Shown piece after piece: positions 14,618 to 19,294 of a stretch of 19,294 nucleotides of DNA. Made by a program: the position numbers and the translations under genes. The DNA lies in assembly GCA_964016885.1 (NCBI GenBank), contig CAXHJY010001385.1, positions 1-19,294 of the forward strand. The letters are read 5' to 3'. The first letter of the stretch is position 1. Each line of letters opens with the position of its first letter. Under the pieces are notes generated by a model. The model made no database searches, was not told the DNA's origin, and saw only the letters and a list, made by a program, of their open reading frames with translations. This stretch comes from Eledone cirrhosa. Lineage: Eukaryota.

Positions 14618-16906
14618 AAACAGAGGCCAACCTGGAGAAGAAAGATCTGGAAGCTGAAAGTCCCCTCAACCAGTAGCAGATTTAAAGATATTTTACTCAA
14701 CGCCTACGACAGTAAAGAAGAACAGATATAGACATTTAACGTAGAAGAGAACTGGGAGTTCCTAAAAAATAATTTACTAGAGGCGACAGATGAGATCTGT
14801 GGCTGGAGTAAGACCTCAAGCAGGAGGAGAGTGACTTGGTGGTGGAACAATAAGGTAGATGAAGCAGTTAAGGCCTAGAGACAGGCATGGAAAGAATGGA
14901 AGAACGGGGGGAGCAGGGTACATTACATAGGGACCAAGAGGGAAGCTAGGCGACAAGTATACTTAGCTAGGAGGGAAGCAGAGGATAGAAAATTCAAGCA
15001 TATTTTACAACGTGGGGACCAGAAACAGGAGGTATTCAAGATTGCGAGGCAGTGTGTCAGAGATAGTTGTGATGTCATTGGAGAGAAGTGTATCCAGAAT
15101 GATAAAGGTGAGCTTTCCCTCACAAGTGCTGAGAAGAAAGATGCATGGAAGAGTCATTATGATAGATTACTAAATGAGGAGAATGCATGGGAAGAAGAGA
15201 CCCTACCCCAAGTAGACCCTATAGAGGGACCAGCAGTACAAGTCAGCAGCAGCGTAGTAAGTAAGGCAATCAAAGATATGAAGATGGGGAAAGCAACCGG
15301 TCCATCGGGTATAGCTGCCGAGATGCTGAAGGCATCTGGATCTGTAGGTCACACTATAACCACACGTATCGTTAACCAGGTAATACTAGAAGGGGCCATA
15401 CCAAAAGATTGGTGCAGTAGCATCATTGTCAACTGCTACAAAGGTAAAGGCGATGCACTAGATAGAGGAAACTATAGAGGTATAAAGTTGATGGACCAGG
15501 TCATGAAAGTAACAGAAAGAGTTATAGCACAGCTGATTAGGGACTGGGTGAATATAGACGAGATGCAATTTGGGTTTGTACCAGGAAGAGACACCACTGA
15601 TGCCCTCTTCCTTGTGAGGCAATTACAGGAAAAGTACCTAGCTAAAAGTAAGCCACTCTACTTGGCATTTGTCGACCTTGAGAAAGCCTTTGACAGAGTT
15701 CCACGTGCTGTAATCTGGTGGGCTCTTAGAAAACTAGGAGTAGATGAATGGCTTGTGAAAGCGGTACAAGCCATGTATAGGGGAGCAGTCAGCAAAGTTA
15801 GGATTAGCAATGAGTATAGCGAGGAATTTAGCGTACAGGTTGGGGTCCACCAGGGCTCTGTTTTTAGCCCTCTCCTGTTCATCATAGTCCTGCAGGCAAT
15901 AACGGAGGAGTTTAAGACCGGATGCCCATGGGAACTCCTGTATCCTGATGACCTCGCACTCATAGCTGAATCTATGGTAGAACTAGAGAATAAATTCCAA
16001 ACCTGGAAGCAGGGACTAGAGAGAGAGGGTCTCAAAGTCAACATGAAAAAGACTAAGGTCCTTGTAAGTAGATGAGAAAACAGAACCCAGATCCCCTCAG
16101 GGAAATGGCCTTGCTCAGTATGTAGGAAAGGTGTAGGTAGGAACTCCATTCTCTGCCCCAAATGCAAACAATGGGTACACAAGAGATGTAGCGGGATCTC
16201 AGGAAGCTGAATTAAGAATGTAGGATTCACATGCAGCAGCTGTGCTGAAACAGCAAGCAGCAAACAGCCACAGGAAACAAGTACCACCAATCTCTGGGAG
16301 GGCCCTGTAGAAACAGTAGACAGCTTCTGCTACCTAGGTGACCGAATTAGCAACGGAGGTGGGTGTTCAGAAAGTACAATAACTAGGGTAAGAACGGGAT
16401 GGAAGAAGTTTAGGGAAATACTACCACTCCTAGCTGCAAAATGCTTCTCCCTCAGAATGAAAGGCAGACTGTATGATGCGTGTATCCGAACAGCGATGTT
16501 GCATGGTAGTGAGACCTGGGCGCTGAAGGTGGAAGACTTACGTAGATTAGAGAGAAACGAAGCCTGCATGCTCCGATGGATGTGTAACAGTAATATACGT
16601 GAACGACAAAGCATAAATGAATTGAGAGAGAGACTGAGCATAAGAGGAATCAAATGCTGTGTGCAGGAGAGGCGGTTGCGCTGGTATGGACATGTGATGC
16701 GTATGAAGTATGACAGCTGCATAAAAAGGTGCAGAGCACTAGAAGTTGATGGAAACCGCGGAGTGGGGAGACCCAAGATGACCTGGGATGAGGTGATAAA
16801 AGCCGACCTTACCCAATTACACCTCTCAAAGGCAATGACACACGACCGTGACTTCTGGTGTCACGCAGTAATACAGAGTACCCGACCTCCCATGGGTACA
16901 TGCTGA
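14618..16906 (+). pseudogene. Disrupted RTE ORF (RT with PHD-like Zn finger)
   Basis: Same frame throughout, with in-frame stops at 14729 (TAG), 14876 (TAG), 16073 (TGA) and 16208 (TGA). Catalytic motif reads YPDD (15941-15952) instead of YADD. ORF-track pieces 15278..16075 and 16457..16906. Confidence 0.9.
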
Positions 16907-17178
16907 AGCATATAAACAATATGCCCCCACACCCCCCACCGCAAGGTGGTCGTGGAGGTGCCACGGCAAAAAAGCACCCAGCCCACACTGTAAAGTGGAC
17001 GTGTAGGCCCCACGAAAAAGCACCCAGCACTCACTGTAAATGAGGTTGGTGTTAGGAAAGGCATCCAGCTGTAGAGGTCAAGCCAGATCAGTTCCTGTAT
17101 GAGCAAGGCATGGTCAGCCGACCAGACACTGCCCGCAACAGGACAACCCGTCTAACCCATGCTAGCGTGGAAGAACGG
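14618..17178 (+). mobile_element. RTE-clade non-LTR retrotransposon (LINE), 5'-truncated (APE domain missing)
   Basis: Single frame: ..RKIWKLK..TWWWN..W..HY.RLLN..KATGPSGI..KGKGDALDRGNYRGIKL..QFGF..FVDLEKAFDRVPR..GVHQGS..SPLLF..FCYLG..MLHGSETW..RRLRWYGHV.R..GRPKMTW; GC-richer 3' UTR to 17178. Confidence 0.93.
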
Positions 17179-17759
<581 letters not shown>

Positions 17760-17977
17760 GGATTAACAAATAATAGTTAAATGTAGTCCACTTAGGTGAA
17801 GTCCAGTTATGGTATTCCAGGTAGTGGATGATATTAACGCTTGGCTTGGTTTGACTCAACAAGGCGTTTTCATAGTGATGCTGCGGGTATGCTGTAATTC
17901 CTATGTTGTAAACACTTGGAGTAATAATAAATCAGGAAAGAAGGTTTACATGGTTTGCTATACAAAAAAGTTTTTAA

Positions 17978-18096
17978 TCACATAGCTTACATTTGTTTCA
18001 CTGAACTGGTATGTCTAGAGATCGCTATCCGCCTAATTTTGCGTCACTCGATCGCCAATACAGAATTATAACCAGTCAGATCTTCGGAGCATGCGA
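17978..18096 (-). ncRNA. Variant type I hammerhead ribozyme (core CCGAAGA) with long stem II
   Basis: Minus strand: stem I UCGCAUGCU/AGCUAUGUGA (one bulge); CCGAAGA (18087-18081); U.U then CUGA-CUGGU/ACCAG-U-UCAG, inner GAUCG/CGAUC; GAAA; C-AAAU-G; GUA triplet (cut between 17988 and 17987). Confidence 0.6.
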
Positions 18097-18375
18097 GAAT
18101 GAAGAAAATACACAGGCAAGAAAATAAAAGAAAATATGGAGTAGTTATGGCATTCAATTAGAACAATAAACAACAACAATTATTACAACAATGCTATCAA
18201 TAAACTATTTAAGGAGACCCTGACATTACTTAGGTGGGGGGTATAAATTATAAAGATAAGCTAGTTTTTACAGTCTTTCTCTTCATCTTCAACCGTATAC
18301 ATGAGTGGGACCACTGTCAAAGCTCAATAGTTGTAGAGTTAATACAGAGGTTAACGAATTAATATACGTATATCT

Positions 18376-18550
<175 letters not shown>

Positions 18551-18880
18551 AATATAAATACATATACACATATATGTGTACATAGACACATACATACACA
18601 CTAATATACACTCGTACAAAAATATACATACATGCAAAGAGAAAAGCGTGCTAATTGTAATATGGCAAAAAGAAGGTAAAGTAACATTGTAGTAGTGAAA
18701 TGAGAAAAACTAGGATCTAGGATCAAATGATTGCAGCAGCTGAGAAGGAGTAAGATTGTTGGTAGATGAGGTATTTACAGACAATTGTGTGGTATAGACT
18801 TGTGAAGGAAATAGTATACTTAATGAATATATATTTTTTGTGGGTAGTAGGTATCCTAATTTAAAGCTATGTTATGTTGT

Positions 18881-19294
<414 letters not shown>

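Noticed and set aside
15945-15975. CTGATGA as a hammerhead core
   Set aside because: It is the coding sequence of YPDD; no stem II/GAAA/stem I arrangement was found.
14729-16210. In-frame stops in the RTE as recoding or selenocysteine
   Set aside because: Mixed TAG and TGA, not at conserved Cys positions, plus the YPDD change; ordinary decay is simpler.
15658-16776. Antisense ORFs of 210 aa and 148 aa
   Set aside because: Shadow frames of the RTE coding sequence with no independent motifs.

Overview
AT-rich eukaryotic repeat-dense DNA, probably cephalopod/Octopus-like (inferred from the (TA)nTG microsatellites and the RTE 3' end; not verified). No host gene is supported. Long (TA)nTG arrays contain four retro-insertions. 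(1) 433-8316: a 5'-truncated Penelope-like element (PLE, minus strand) with an RT + C-terminal GIY-YIG ORF at 3873-~5422. Its 3' region is present as a ~2.75-kb near-perfect inverted repeat (433-3179 / 5423-8181), and each arm carries a type I hammerhead ribozyme (HHR) with an unusually long stem II. (2) 10498-11559: a non-coding tandem dimer (470/462 bp) with one type I HHR per unit plus an inverted fragment, i.e. a candidate retrozyme / non-autonomous PLE predicted to release a 462-nt, possibly circular, RNA. (3) 14618-17178: a decayed 5'-truncated RTE-clade LINE with a PHD-like finger. (4) ~17759-18880: a probable 3' fragment of another PLE family with a variant long-stem-II HHR. In total I find five HHR motifs from three sequence families. 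All RNA structures were paired by eye and none was computed. The long Y/I/M/C/V ORFs are microsatellite artefacts.
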